Positions 1-10,738 of a stretch of DNA of 64,000 nucleotides are shown in pieces; positions within the stretch are counted from its first letter, which is position 1, and the number at the start of each line of letters is the position of its first letter. The position numbers were made by a program, and so were the translations under genes. Where the stretch lies: NCBI GenBank assembly GCA_964514975.1, contig CAZESS010000002.1, forward strand, positions 64,001-128,000, in the 5' to 3' direction. The notes beneath the pieces were generated by a model. That model did no database searches. It saw only the letters and a list, made by a program, of their open reading frames with translations, and had not been told where the DNA came from. Origin of the DNA: an uncultured Thermoplasmatales archaeon (lineage in GTDB: Archaea > Thermoplasmatota > E2 > UBA202 > DSCA01).

Positions 1-450
1 TTGCTAGGGCTCCAGATATACAAGTTCGGGCGGACGACGACGCTCGCCTACCCGGAAAAAAACTATTTCCCCCTGTCTCCGTACCATGTCATCCGGAAGA
101 ACCGGGAGCGGGGGCTGCACACCCTAGTATTGCTCGACATCCAGGATGAACGGCAACGATATATGACCATCCCGGAGGGCGTCGAGCTGCTCCTTGAGAT
201 GGAACAGCGATGCGACAACGGGGTCATCACCCCGGGTACCGTCCTGGGCGGGGTCGCCCGCGCATCGTCATCGGAGCCCGTGGTCAAAGCCGGATATCCC
301 GGGCAGCTGCAGGAAACAGATTTCGGTCCGCCGCTGCATTCCCTGGTGGTGCCCGGCAGCCTGCACGTGATGGAGGCCCGGGCGCTGGTCGAGCTTGCCG
401 ACGGTCCGCCGGAGCTGCTCGACGACGGGCAGGAGAGAAAACATTTATAG
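1..450 (+). CDS. dph5: Diphthine synthase (5'-truncated by window edge)
   Basis: GLQIYKFGRTTTL, GLHTLVLLDI, DFGPPLHSLVVPGSLH motifs. Confidence 0.92.
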   Translation: MLGLQIYKFGRTTTLAYPEKNYFPLSPYHVIRKNRERGLHTLVLLDIQDERQRYMTIPEGVELLLEMEQRCDNGVITPGTVLGGVARASSSEPVVKAGYPGQLQETDFGPPLHSLVVPGSLHVMEARALVELADGPPELLDDGQERKHL

Positions 451-474
451 CGATGTCGCCATTTAACTGTCCAT

Positions 475-3400
475 ATGGCAGACTCGAAGCAGAGAACAGC
501 AGTGCTTATGACGTTCACGGTTGCCTTTCTTTTACTGGCCCATCTGCTGCCCGTGACACCGGCATCGGCCGAGCCGGCCGGAACCGGGTTTGACAAGGGC
601 ATCTCATGGGCGTCGACCACCTTTACCAAAAAAGCCACGTTCGTCGGGTTCGACGAGCAAAGCACCCTTGACGACTATGCATATCTCTCGGCGGTGCCAT
701 CCTCCGTGTTTTACAGCAGCGGCGCCGACCGGATGTACACGCATCCATTGCTTTTCCACCAGGCAGATACGTCGGTGGGCGGCGAAACCGACCGGGCGCT
801 CAACGGCAAGCAGGGCGTCGACTATTTCATGGACGACTGGATGAGCGCCTGCAACGGCCGGCTGGACGACCTGATGCTCATCAACGTCGGCGAGGGCGAG
901 ATAGACCTGGCAGCCCGGAACGTCACCACCATCAACGGTGACACGCCGGCGGACATCGCCGGGCGGCTGGCCGAGCGCGACTGGATGTACGCCGACGAGG
1001 CGGTCCTGGCCGTCATCAACGACGACACCATATCGGAGGGCAACATGACGTCGGGGAGCCTTACCGGGAGCTTCGCCGCCGGCGCCGAGGTGAAAACAAC
1101 GAGCTTCCAGGTGCCGCAGAGCAACTCGCTGAACCCCGTGTACCATGAGTTCACGGTGCCGGAGCAATACAAGTATCTGAAGGCCGACCTGTGGTGGAAC
1201 TGTTTCATCCTGGGTGGCTTCATCGCCATCCCTCCGGGTGACCCCGACCTGCAATTGTTCTGCCAGCACGGCAGCGACTGGATGCAGACCGCCGCCGTTG
1301 CGACCTGGAACATCCTGACCGGGCCGGCCGAGCAGGCTGCCTCCTACGTCTACAATCCCGGCTCATGGCGGGTGGGCGTCACCGACATCCCCACAGAGCG
1401 GGACAAAGAAATACCACGCATAGACCTCTTCGGCGGCCTGCTGTCCCTGCAGGGCTCCGCCTTCCAGGCGCTCCGCAGCATCCGCCGGGGTGTCACATAC
1501 AACATCGACGTCGAGATGTACCCGGGCACCGAGGTGGACGTGCCCGACGTGCCCGAGACGGGTGTCGACAACGCCTCGTTCACCCTGGAATGGAACGGTG
1601 AAGCCCAGCTCGGAATGTCGCTCATCGGACCGGCGGGCGAGGAAATCGTGGCTGCGCGCAACATGACCAGCTCCACGCAGCACATCGAGGTCGACAAGCT
1701 GGGCGGCTGCCGCCCCGGCGAGCACTACCGGCTCTGCGTGTTCAGCATGGAAAAAGACGCACAGGGCACGGTCGACTTCACCGTCTCCTATACCTGGCGC
1801 AATAAAACATCCATGCAGCAGGATATGTCCCTCGCATCGGCAGCCCAGGGCGCCGTCCTGGCATCGGCGCTCAATGCGCCATTGCTCTACACCTCATCCG
1901 ACGATTTGCCGTCAGCGACCAAGTCCGCGCTCCGCACCCTGGGCGTCGACAGGGTGCACGTCATGGACCTCGGGGAGCGCCTGACAGATAAGGCACGTAC
2001 CGACATCCGCAACGCTGCCGACATCAAGGCATGGCACACCGCGGCCAGGGATGCCTATGACACCATCCGCGATATCACGGGGCAGAACGACGTCATTTTT
2101 TCGACGACCGACCCGTGGACGTTCTGGCGAAGCGGTGAGCTGCAACCCGGCGGCGAGTTCCCGGGCGCATTGTTCGTCGGCCCCGCCGCCTTCCATGCAG
2201 CACAGCACGGCAGCCCGCTGCTGCTGCTGGAGATGCATCCACGGCTCTCCTCGGCGGTGGTATGGCACAACGAGTTCTGGCGTCGCCATGTCAGCGAGCG
2301 CTTCCTGTTCACGCCGACGGTGGCAGAGATGTATCTGACGGGCAAACGTGTCTATGATTTCCTGCATGACTATGGCTTCGACGGCGACGGCATGGAGTCC
2401 ATGGTGACCATCGCCGGGCAATATGACATCGGCACCCCATGGGACCGTGTCTTTGTGGGCAAGGCCAAGCCCGGCCGTATCTTCGGCTCGCCGGTCGACG
2501 CTGCCTCATGGTCGGCCCGCAACGTGTTTTATCCCCGTCTCATCTTCGAAAACCCGGGGCTCAACCCCGGCGGCGTTGAAATGATAAACGGCAGCACGAG
2601 CACCCGCCGCTTCACCGGGCTCGCCAGGCGGCCGCTGGCCAACACGCTGGTGGTAGAGAAGCCGTCCGAGATGGAGCAGATGACCTATCCCGTGGTGTGC
2701 TCCTTTGTTACCCATAAATATCGGTTCAACGAGCGCGCCGGGGAATACTATGGCTCCACCTATCAGTGTGCTGACGGGCTGACACCGGGCCAGGATTTCA
2801 CGTTCAACCCCATCGATCAGGGGCTGGGTGAAAAATATCTGGGTATCGAGGGCGCCATCTTTCCGGATATGACTGAGACGGAGGTCGTGCCCACCTATCT
2901 GCGGCGGGGCGGCTACGACGTCGCGTTTTCTACCTCGCTGGAGGCGGTCGGCGCCGATCTCAACACGGGCGCTATCATGTGGGTCCATGGCTCCCATGGA
3001 CTGGAGACGGAGTGTGGCTCCACCCTGTTCTGGGATCCGGACGAGGGGTTCAGCAGCCATGATCCCATCTCGCAGCTGGTGAAACCCTTTGCTGGTGCGA
3101 CGCGGGAGGAAAACCCCTGGCGCGGCTATGAATGGTATCTGGGCTCGACGGCGCAGCCCGACACGATGACCATGGACGTGCAGGGCACCATTCCGTTCAC
3201 CAACATCCCGTTTCCCATCGCCACGGGCATGGACTGGGCGCTGGCCAGGGAGCCGGTCAGGGAGACCCTCAACAAGATTATCCCGTTTTTCGCTCCCTTC
3301 AACGTCGATGACAGCTATGACGGCGTCATCGGCACCATCCAGTTTTCCCGGTATCCCTACGCGGAGAAAAACGCCACCCAGATCGAGGCGGTGCTTGACA

Positions 3401-3921
3401 ACCTGCATTCCATGGGCTTTATCACGAGCATCTGCCAGACCGCCAACACCTATTTCCATCTGTCGCTCGTCCGGCATGGCAGCGTGTTCCAGGTGCAGGA
3501 CCCCTGGCCGACCTCCTGGTATGGCACTATCTGGCGGCAGAGCATCCCGCGCGACCTGGTGCTCGGTGACACCGTCGGCGAGGCCTACGTCAAGGGGATG
3601 AGCCATGTCGGCATCCTGTACATCACGGAGCCACCCCAGTGGTGGTGGGACATCATGGAAAACGTGGTCCTGTTCGGCGACCCCGACCTCCGCGTCTGGG
3701 TGCCCGGTCAGCAGTACAGCAGCAAAAATCACTGGGAGCAGACCGACGTCGAGCCCCTTGAATACCGGCAGCAGATGGCAGTTGACGGCCATGCGCTCTA
3801 CGGCGCCACGGAACATCCCCACAGGGTGGAGGGGTTCAACTGGATGCCCATTCTGCTCGGCCTTGCCATCGTTGCGCTCATCGGCGCCGCCGGCTATCTC
3901 TACTGGCGCCGGAACCAGTGA
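475..3921 (+). CDS. Large secreted, C-terminally membrane-anchored protein with a C25/gingipain-like C-terminal region
   Basis: Signal peptide; C-terminal TM helix followed by WRR; HGSHG, TSICQT, VGEAY and NVVLFGDPDL motifs; TTTATAG box about 25 nt upstream of the ATG. Confidence 0.75.
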   Translation: MADSKQRTAVLMTFTVAFLLLAHLLPVTPASAEPAGTGFDKGISWASTTFTKKATFVGFDEQSTLDDYAYLSAVPSSVFYSSGADRMYTHPLLFHQADTSVGGETDRALNGKQGVDYFMDDWMSACNGRLDDLMLINVGEGEIDLAARNVTTINGDTPADIAGRLAERDWMYADEAVLAVINDDTISEGNMTSGSLTGSFAAGAEVKTTSFQVPQSNSLNPVYHEFTVPEQYKYLKADLWWNCFILGGFIAIPPGDPDLQLFCQHGSDWMQTAAVATWNILTGPAEQAASYVYNPGSWRVGVTDIPTERDKEIPRIDLFGGLLSLQGSAFQALRSIRRGVTYNIDVEMYPGTEVDVPDVPETGVDNASFTLEWNGEAQLGMSLIGPAGEEIVAARNMTSSTQHIEVDKLGGCRPGEHYRLCVFSMEKDAQGTVDFTVSYTWRNKTSMQQDMSLASAAQGAVLASALNAPLLYTSSDDLPSATKSALRTLGVDRVHVMDLGERLTDKARTDIRNAADIKAWHTAARDAYDTIRDITGQNDVIFSTTDPWTFWRSGELQPGGEFPGALFVGPAAFHAAQHGSPLLLLEMHPRLSSAVVWHNEFWRRHVSERFLFTPTVAEMYLTGKRVYDFLHDYGFDGDGMESMVTIAGQYDIGTPWDRVFVGKAKPGRIFGSPVDAASWSARNVFYPRLIFENPGLNPGGVEMINGSTSTRRFTGLARRPLANTLVVEKPSEMEQMTYPVVCSFVTHKYRFNERAGEYYGSTYQCADGLTPGQDFTFNPIDQGLGEKYLGIEGAIFPDMTETEVVPTYLRRGGYDVAFSTSLEAVGADLNTGAIMWVHGSHGLETECGSTLFWDPDEGFSSHDPISQLVKPFAGATREENPWRGYEWYLGSTAQPDTMTMDVQGTIPFTNIPFPIATGMDWALAREPVRETLNKIIPFFAPFNVDDSYDGVIGTIQFSRYPYAEKNATQIEAVLDNLHSMGFITSICQTANTYFHLSLVRHGSVFQVQDPWPTSWYGTIWRQSIPRDLVLGDTVGEAYVKGMSHVGILYITEPPQWWWDIMENVVLFGDPDLRVWVPGQQYSSKNHWEQTDVEPLEYRQQMAVDGHALYGATEHPHRVEGFNWMPILLGLAIVALIGAAGYLYWRRNQ

Positions 3922-3958
3922 AACAAAAACTATATAGCGACGGGTGTTTGCTCCTGAT

Positions 3959-5275
3959 ATGAGCGAACGGGAGCAGGTCCTTCGGGCAATCAACGCCGAG
4001 CCGGGTGACCGCATCCGCATTGTGGCAGGCGAGAAAACCTATGCGGGCATCCTGATGCCCCATCATGCGTTCAGCCAGGATGACGTGGTGACCGTCAAGC
4101 TCGACAGCGGCTACAATGTCGGCGTGTCCATAGAGGATGCGGAACTCTCCCTGGTCGGCAAACGCCAGCCCCGGGAGATGGAACCGCAGGAGGTGCCCCG
4201 GAGCCCGGAGAAGCCGTCGGTGGCGTTGCTCGGCACCGGCGGCACCATCGCCAGCTATGTCGACTACGAGACAGGGGCGGTCCATCCCGCCGGCACGTCG
4301 GAGGAACTCGCGTTTTCAGCCCCCGACATTTTCGATATCTGCAACGTCGACGCAGACGTGGTGGCACACAAGCTCAGCGAAAACATGGCCTCTGCCGACT
4401 GGGTCGACATCGCGACAGCCACGGCCAGCAAGCTCAACAATGGGGCCAGCGGCGTCATCATCGCCCACGGCACCGACACGATGAGCTACACGGCCGCAGC
4501 GCTATCATTCATGCTCCATGACCTGTCGGGGCCGGTGGTCCTGGTCGGCTCGCAGCGCTCGTCTGACCGGCCGAGCAGCGACGCGTTCCAGAACCTGGTG
4601 GCGGCGGCACGCGTTGCCATATCAAATCTGGGGGAGGTGGCGGTGGTCATGCACGCCGAGACCTCGTCCGGCCTGTGTGCGGTGCATCGGGGCACCAGGG
4701 TCCGGAAGATGCATGCCTCCCGCCGCGACGCGTTCCGCAGCATCGACGCCCGGCCGCTCGCCTTCGTCGACGACGAGGTCCGCTTCATAGGGGAATATCG
4801 AGCGAAAACGTCCGGGGAGACCGGGATTGCGGCCGAGCTCAACGACGACGTCGCCCTGGTCTATGCGCATCCTGCACTCGACGAGGAGAGCTTTGTGGCG
4901 ATGACCGCTGGCCGGGACGGCGTCGTCGTCGCCGGAACGGGGCTCGGACATCTAACCGAGGCGCTGATGCCGGCTATTCGGGAGCTCACCGCCGATGGGG
5001 TGCCCGTTGTGATGACCACGCAGTGCATCTGGGGGCGGGTGAATCTCAACGTGTACTCGGTTGGGCGGCGGCTGCTCCAGGCCGGTGTCATCCCCGGTGG
5101 CGACATGCTGCCCGAGGTTGCCCTGGTCAAGCTGATGTGGACGCTCGCCAACGTATCTCATGATGATGTCGCGACAGCGATGCAGCGGAACCATGCCGGC
5201 GAGCTGTCAGAGCGGACGCTGTATGATACGTTCCCCCAGCAAAAAACATATATTGAAGACGACATTAACGGTTAG
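3959..5275 (+). CDS. gatD: Glu-tRNA(Gln) amidotransferase subunit D
   Basis: KLDSGYNVG, TGGTIAS, HGTDT, GSQRSSDRPSSD, KMHASRRDAF. Confidence 0.96.
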   Translation: MSEREQVLRAINAEPGDRIRIVAGEKTYAGILMPHHAFSQDDVVTVKLDSGYNVGVSIEDAELSLVGKRQPREMEPQEVPRSPEKPSVALLGTGGTIASYVDYETGAVHPAGTSEELAFSAPDIFDICNVDADVVAHKLSENMASADWVDIATATASKLNNGASGVIIAHGTDTMSYTAAALSFMLHDLSGPVVLVGSQRSSDRPSSDAFQNLVAAARVAISNLGEVAVVMHAETSSGLCAVHRGTRVRKMHASRRDAFRSIDARPLAFVDDEVRFIGEYRAKTSGETGIAAELNDDVALVYAHPALDEESFVAMTAGRDGVVVAGTGLGHLTEALMPAIRELTADGVPVVMTTQCIWGRVNLNVYSVGRRLLQAGVIPGGDMLPEVALVKLMWTLANVSHDDVATAMQRNHAGELSERTLYDTFPQQKTYIEDDING

Positions 5276-5280
5276 AGACC

Positions 5281-6423
5281 ATGAAATCAAAAGTCCTCAT
5301 CGTTATAGCAGTCATTATGGTGCTGCCGCTCGCCAGCGCCGAGCTGACCAAGCCGAACTGGAGCACCGGCGACTACTGGGAGTTCGAGGGACAGTATGAC
5401 GGCAGCGCCTCGATGGGATTCGAAAACCAGACCATGGAGTCCAGCATCGACATCGACATCACGCTCCGCGTGTCCGTGAACGACGTCCAGGTGCGGCAGG
5501 TCGACGGCGACTACGTCGGGGTCTACGCAACCGACATGAGCGGCACCCTTTCAGGCACCTTTAGCTACAGGTTCGGCGGAGAGGAGTTCAGCGGCGAGCT
5601 GACATTCGACCTGGACGGCACGAACCTGTTTTCAACCACCGATCTTTCCATCCTGGAGTCGAATGTCAACGTCAACATCAGCATCTCCGGACTGCCACCC
5701 GGCACGCTTCCCTCCCAGCTCAACAGCATCACCACCTATGACCCAGCGCTCGATTTCATGCAGTTTCCCGTGAGCGCAGGGGAGACATGGACGGCGCAGA
5801 CCACCGTTACCACGGAGTCATCGATGGGCGGGATGCCGACCCCGCAGCCCGTTGAGTTCACGTTCCGCTGCGTGCGGACACTTGGCGACCTCTACGTCAT
5901 CGAGACCGACTACGTGCCGTTCATCGGCGACATCATCCCCATCAACAACACCAACATCAGATGGTCCGACAGCAAGGGGATGATAGAGGAGATACGCGGC
6001 CAGTCCCAGGAGCAGAACTTCAACATAGGGCTCGTCGATTACTCCTATACGGGGCAGGAAAACCAGCCGCCGACCGCTGCTATCTCCACCGACGCGCAGC
6101 AGCCGTCCACCGGCGACATCATCAGCTTTGACGGGGCCGGCTCGAGCGACCCAGACGGCACGATCGAGCTCTACCAGTGGAACTTTGGCGACGGCGTCAA
6201 CGCAACCGGGGACAGCGTCCAGCATGCCTTCGGCGAAAAGGACACCTACACGGTCACCCTGACCGTCGTCGACAACTACGGGAACACGGCCACCGCCACG
6301 CGGCAGATAACGGTCACGGGCTCGTCCAGCGGCTCCTCACCGGGCTTCGGCGGCATCTCGCTCGTCGTCGGGCTCGTCGGTGTGATGCTGCTGCTCTGGA
6401 AACGAAAGCGGGATTTTAGGTAA
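5281..6423 (+). CDS. Secreted PKD-domain protein with PGF-CTERM-like sorting signal
   Basis: Signal peptide; SSDPDG..YQWNFGDG..YTVTLTV PKD motif; SPGF + hydrophobic helix + KRKR tail. Confidence 0.85.
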   Translation: MKSKVLIVIAVIMVLPLASAELTKPNWSTGDYWEFEGQYDGSASMGFENQTMESSIDIDITLRVSVNDVQVRQVDGDYVGVYATDMSGTLSGTFSYRFGGEEFSGELTFDLDGTNLFSTTDLSILESNVNVNISISGLPPGTLPSQLNSITTYDPALDFMQFPVSAGETWTAQTTVTTESSMGGMPTPQPVEFTFRCVRTLGDLYVIETDYVPFIGDIIPINNTNIRWSDSKGMIEEIRGQSQEQNFNIGLVDYSYTGQENQPPTAAISTDAQQPSTGDIISFDGAGSSDPDGTIELYQWNFGDGVNATGDSVQHAFGEKDTYTVTLTVVDNYGNTATATRQITVTGSSSGSSPGFGGISLVVGLVGVMLLLWKRKRDFR

Positions 6424-6477
6424 TTTTAAATAGATTCCGGCATTAATGAAATCGATTGCCCGGGCGTAGAGGTATCC

Positions 6478-8661
6478 ATGCAGTACGATTTATTGTTGAA
6501 ACGACCGAAGCTGACCATCATAATTTTTACGCTTCTAACCCTGGTTATCTCTACCCAGGCGCTCGACGTCGTCATCTCATCTGACATCGAGCTATATATG
6601 CCCTCCGACCAGCCGACGGTCGAGACGCTCAACCAGATACGGAAGGAATGGCCCGTGGACAACGTGGTCATCTATGTAAGCGCCGATAACATCACCGACG
6701 TGTCGACTCTCAAGGAGATCGATGCCGTTGAACGGGCGCTTGACCCCGCCGACAGCGAGTCCATCGAGTACACGGCGAGTATCGCATCTTTTTTACGTGA
6801 CACCAACGCCATTTTTCCCATTGTCGGCGGCAATATGATCCCCGACCGGCAGGCGCAGGTCGACCTCCTCCTCAGGTTTATCCCGGAGGAACTGAAGGAC
6901 AACTTCGTGACGCCGGATAACAAGCACGCGGTCATCATCGTCGCCACCGAAAAAGGCGTCGACGCGGATCAGTTACTCGAAGAAAACGTGTACCCCATAC
7001 TGGGGACGACGTCCGAGACGGAGATGACCGCGACGGGCACCATCACCATGTACAAGGAAACCGTGGACTGGGTGATGAACCGCATCTATCCCGTCGTCCT
7101 GGTTTCCGGTCTGCTGCTGGTGCTCACCATTCTCGCCTTCCATCGGAGCATGAAGGCCGTGCTCATATCGCTCGCGCCGATCGCCTACGCCATCGGCCTG
7201 ACCTTCGGGACCATCGGGATGATGCCCGTCCAGTTTGCGCCCACGGTCATCGCGGTTATCCCGCTGCTGGCAGCCCTGGGCATTGCCTACTCGCTCCACA
7301 TGGTCAACCATTATGCCGAGAAGGTGGAGGAGACATCGCCGGAGGAGGCCCTCCGTCACATCATCGGGACGACCGGCAAGGCGGTATTGCTGTCGGCGGT
7401 GACCACCATTGTGGGTTTTGCGTCGCTGCTGTCGTCGACGATGCCCCCCATCGAGAACATGGGCCTCGCGTTTCTCATCGGCGTGCTCTACTGTTTCATC
7501 GCCACCATGGTGATGGTGCCGGCACTGCTGGTCATTTCCAACTACCGGCAGAAGGGCATCCGGGGCTGGGATTCGTTCTCGCAGCTGGTCAGATACCGGA
7601 AACACATTTTGCTGCTGTTCGTCGTGCTGACCGCGCTCTCCATCGCGGCGCTTCCCAGCGTGTCCCCGAAGACGTCTATCTATGAGATGATGCCCGGCGA
7701 GATGCCGAGCAGCAAGGCGATGCATGACTATTCGGAGGATTTCGACAGCGGACAGATGGGCGTCGTCGAGATAGAGACGGGGCCCGAGGGTGTCCTTGAG
7801 CCGTCGTTTCTCCGGGAGCTTGAGTCGATGGAGAAGGCGATAAACGTGGGGATAAAAAATGCTTCGGCATATTCCATCGTGGACGTCGTCAAGCGGCTCA
7901 ACCTGGGCACCATCCCCGCCACCAAGGAGGAGGTCAAAAACCTCATCGAAAACAAGCTCGGCCCGAAATACCGGACGATGATGCTCAGCGACGGCTACAA
8001 CAAGACCCTGGTCTACGTCAACATGCCCGTCATCCCGGTGGACGAAACACGGAGGGCGGTCGACGGCGTCAACCAGATCCTCGGGCAGTACGACGCCAAG
8101 ATAGACGGCAGCGTGACCTCGCTCGCCGGCCTCAGCTCCGTGACCGTAGAGATAAACGGCATGCTGATGGAGCAACAGTTCCGGTTCATGTTCCTGTCGC
8201 TGCTGCTGGTGTTCACCTGTCTGCTGCTCGTCTTCCGATCGTTTAAATATGCGACGGTTACCTTCGTGCCCATCCTCATCATCCTGGTCTGGCAGCCCGG
8301 GGCGCTCGTGCTCACCGGAACGCCGCTCAACGTGGCGACCATCATGGTGTCATCGGTCGCCATCGGCGCCGGCATCGATTTCTCGGTGCACATCACGGAG
8401 CGGCTGCGCGACGAGCTCAAGCAACGGTCGCCGCTGGAGGCCGTCAAGGTCGCTATTGCACGGAAAAGCCCGCCGTTGCTTGAAACCACGCTGGCGCTCA
8501 TCGCCGGCGGCATCCCCGTCGCGCTGATGGAATACGAGCTGGTGACCCAGTTCATCGTGCTCGTGCTGCTGATGCTGGTATTCGCCTGTATCGCTGCGTT
8601 GCTCGGCCTGGCGGCCATCTATGCATACAAAAACGGAGCATGGCTGGAGCGCTGGCCCTAA
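6478..8661 (+). CDS. MMPL/RND-superfamily membrane transporter
   Basis: Duplicated TM + soluble-domain layout; TGKAVLLSAVTTIVGFASL, AIGAGIDFSVH. Confidence 0.88.
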   Translation: MQYDLLLKRPKLTIIIFTLLTLVISTQALDVVISSDIELYMPSDQPTVETLNQIRKEWPVDNVVIYVSADNITDVSTLKEIDAVERALDPADSESIEYTASIASFLRDTNAIFPIVGGNMIPDRQAQVDLLLRFIPEELKDNFVTPDNKHAVIIVATEKGVDADQLLEENVYPILGTTSETEMTATGTITMYKETVDWVMNRIYPVVLVSGLLLVLTILAFHRSMKAVLISLAPIAYAIGLTFGTIGMMPVQFAPTVIAVIPLLAALGIAYSLHMVNHYAEKVEETSPEEALRHIIGTTGKAVLLSAVTTIVGFASLLSSTMPPIENMGLAFLIGVLYCFIATMVMVPALLVISNYRQKGIRGWDSFSQLVRYRKHILLLFVVLTALSIAALPSVSPKTSIYEMMPGEMPSSKAMHDYSEDFDSGQMGVVEIETGPEGVLEPSFLRELESMEKAINVGIKNASAYSIVDVVKRLNLGTIPATKEEVKNLIENKLGPKYRTMMLSDGYNKTLVYVNMPVIPVDETRRAVDGVNQILGQYDAKIDGSVTSLAGLSSVTVEINGMLMEQQFRFMFLSLLLVFTCLLLVFRSFKYATVTFVPILIILVWQPGALVLTGTPLNVATIMVSSVAIGAGIDFSVHITERLRDELKQRSPLEAVKVAIARKSPPLLETTLALIAGGIPVALMEYELVTQFIVLVLLMLVFACIAALLGLAAIYAYKNGAWLERWP

Positions 8662-10055
8662 CCGTAGCTCTCGAGCTTTTTCTGGAAGCGATAGGTTTCC
8701 CCTTCGATGTCAACAGGGTATTCCCCGGTGACGCATCCCAGGCAGAGGTCATGCCTGGCATAGCCGGTCGCCCTGAGCAGCCCCTCTATGGACAGATATC
8801 CGAGGCTGTCAGCGCCGATGGTCTCCCTGATTGCAGGCACGGTTTTATCGGCGGCGATAAGCTGCGCCCGGTCGGTCATGTCGATGCCGAAATAGCAGGG
8901 TGCGACGATGGGCGGCGAGCCGATGCGAACGTGTACCTCCGCTGCGCCGCGCTGCCGGAGGATGTCCACCATCTGCCGCATCGTCGTCCCGCGGACGATG
9001 GAGTCATCGACGAGCACCACCCGCCGGTCGGACACGATGCTCCGGACTGGGTTCATCTTCAGGAGCACGTAGTGTTCCCTGAGACGCTGCGACGGCATGA
9101 TGAACGTCCGGCCGATATACCGGTTTTTCATCAATCCCTCGGCGAGCTGTATGTCGGCGGCATGCGCATAGCCATATGCATGGGCACGCCCCGAATCGGG
9201 CACGGGAACGACGATGTCCGCCTCGACGGGATGCTCAGCGGCGAGCTGTGCCCCAATCCGTTTCCGGGCCTGGTAGACATCCTTGCCGTCGATGACAGAA
9301 TCGGCACGGGAAAAATAGACGTATTCGAAGAAACAATGACCTGTGTGACGTGCGCCGATGAGCCGATGACCCACATATGTTTCGGGTGTTATCTCGACGA
9401 GCTCTCCGGGCCGGACGTCACGGATGAACCGGGCGCCGAGCGCGTCCAGCGCCACGCTTTCCGACGAGATGATGTAGCCGTCATTGAGCTCGCCGATGCA
9501 GAGCGGCCGGACGCCGAGCGGGTCACGCAGCCCGAACACCCGGTCGTTGTACATGATGGCCAGCGAATAGGACCCCTCCAGCCGTTTCATCACATACTTG
9601 ACAGCCTTTTCGAAGCCGGTGTCCTTCAACTGGTCGGAGAGCATGAAGGCGATGGATTCCTCCTCGCTCCCCATGGAAAAGGTGTGACCCTGGTCCATGA
9701 GCTCACGGCGGAGCGCATCGGCGTTGGTGATGATACCGTTGTGGGCGAGCGCGATGTCGCCGCTTGATGTGTGCACCAGCGTGGGCTGCGCGTTTTCCGG
9801 TGTTGACAGCTCGATTGAATAATACACGTGGGCGATGCCCCGCTGGCCATGGATGGAGCCGACGTCGATGTCCTTGAACGCCTCGTTCACCAGCCCGAGG
9901 CCGCGATGGCATCGGATTCGCTGCTCGTCTGGCTGATAGGATGCGATGCCGGCTGCCTCCTGACCGCGGTGCTGCAGCGCGTTGAGCATAAAATACAGGT
10001 CGGACGCTACATCATGGTCCGCCGCGGCCGCTGCAACGCCGCATCGCTCCCTCAT
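8658..10055 (-). CDS. purF: Amidophosphoribosyltransferase (divergent glutaminase motifs)
   Basis: CGV start, [46 protein letters not shown]. Confidence 0.92.
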   Translation of the reverse strand: MRERCGVAAAAADHDVASDLYFMLNALQHRGQEAAGIASYQPDEQRIRCHRGLGLVNEAFKDIDVGSIHGQRGIAHVYYSIELSTPENAQPTLVHTSSGDIALAHNGIITNADALRRELMDQGHTFSMGSEEESIAFMLSDQLKDTGFEKAVKYVMKRLEGSYSLAIMYNDRVFGLRDPLGVRPLCIGELNDGYIISSESVALDALGARFIRDVRPGELVEITPETYVGHRLIGARHTGHCFFEYVYFSRADSVIDGKDVYQARKRIGAQLAAEHPVEADIVVPVPDSGRAHAYGYAHAADIQLAEGLMKNRYIGRTFIMPSQRLREHYVLLKMNPVRSIVSDRRVVLVDDSIVRGTTMRQMVDILRQRGAAEVHVRIGSPPIVAPCYFGIDMTDRAQLIAADKTVPAIRETIGADSLGYLSIEGLLRATGYARHDLCLGCVTGEYPVDIEGETYRFQKKLESYG

Positions 10056-10207
10056 TTTTTCCAGTTGTAGTCGCGTCTCTTGCTGGATTTGCCGAAACCG
10101 CAGGCGGCGCAGACCTTCTTGCGGACGTGGTAGGCATGCTTGCCGCAGCGCCTGCAGACGATGTGGGTTGTGCCGCCGCCAGACTTTGATGGTGTTCCCT
10201 TGCTCAT
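10052..10207 (-). CDS. rpl37e: 50S ribosomal protein L37e
   Basis: [23 protein letters not shown]. Confidence 0.96.
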   Translation of the reverse strand: MSKGTPSKSGGGTTHIVCRRCGKHAYHVRKKVCAACGFGKSSKRRDYNWKK

Positions 10208-10211
10208 GGTA

Positions 10212-10427
10212 TCACGGTGAGATGTACACGATGTTGTCCCCTCGCACGATGACCCTTTCCAGGTCGCGCTGTTTTTCGCCGTATTCCAGCTCCTCGGCGC
10301 TGGTGAGGACGAGGTTGAGATGTGGATGGTCGTAACCGTCGAGCACACCGCGGTATTCACGGCCGCCGCGGAGCTCCACGATGACCCGTTTGCCGATGCT
10401 GCCGTGGACCATCTCGAGGGGTTTCAT
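10212..10427 (-). CDS. Sm-like archaeal protein (SmAP/Lsm)
   Basis: Sm1/Sm2 motifs ([23 protein letters not shown]); conserved linkage to rpl37e. Confidence 0.93.
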   Translation of the reverse strand: MKPLEMVHGSIGKRVIVELRGGREYRGVLDGYDHPHLNLVLTSAEELEYGEKQRDLERVIVRGDNIVYISP

Positions 10428-10486
10428 TGGTAGGGTATGAAAGCGAGCTACTTAAATCTTTGCCGCCCTGTCAGGGGTTGGGGGGC

Positions 10487-10512
10487 AAAAAAACCGGGCG
10501 GCTCTCCCGGGT
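10487..10512 (-). terminator. Hairpin plus oligo-T tract, terminator-like
   Basis: Minus strand CCGGG-agagccg-CCCGG followed by T7. Confidence 0.35.
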
Positions 10513-10738
10513 GTACTGTGGGGACAATGCCGGGGCCAGCGGCGCCATGTAAACGTTTGCTCCATAGATGCTATAGCCTCTATAGCCGTATGCCGGAAAA
10601 CGTTAATATCCAGCGATGCACGGCGAGAGAGAAGGGCAGGGCGGGTGGACAAGAAGAGGTATCCCAGTATGCGCTGTGGCATATATCCCTGCCCCGGGTG
10701 TATATGCGGCGGGGATTCATTAATATTGCGCCATCCGA

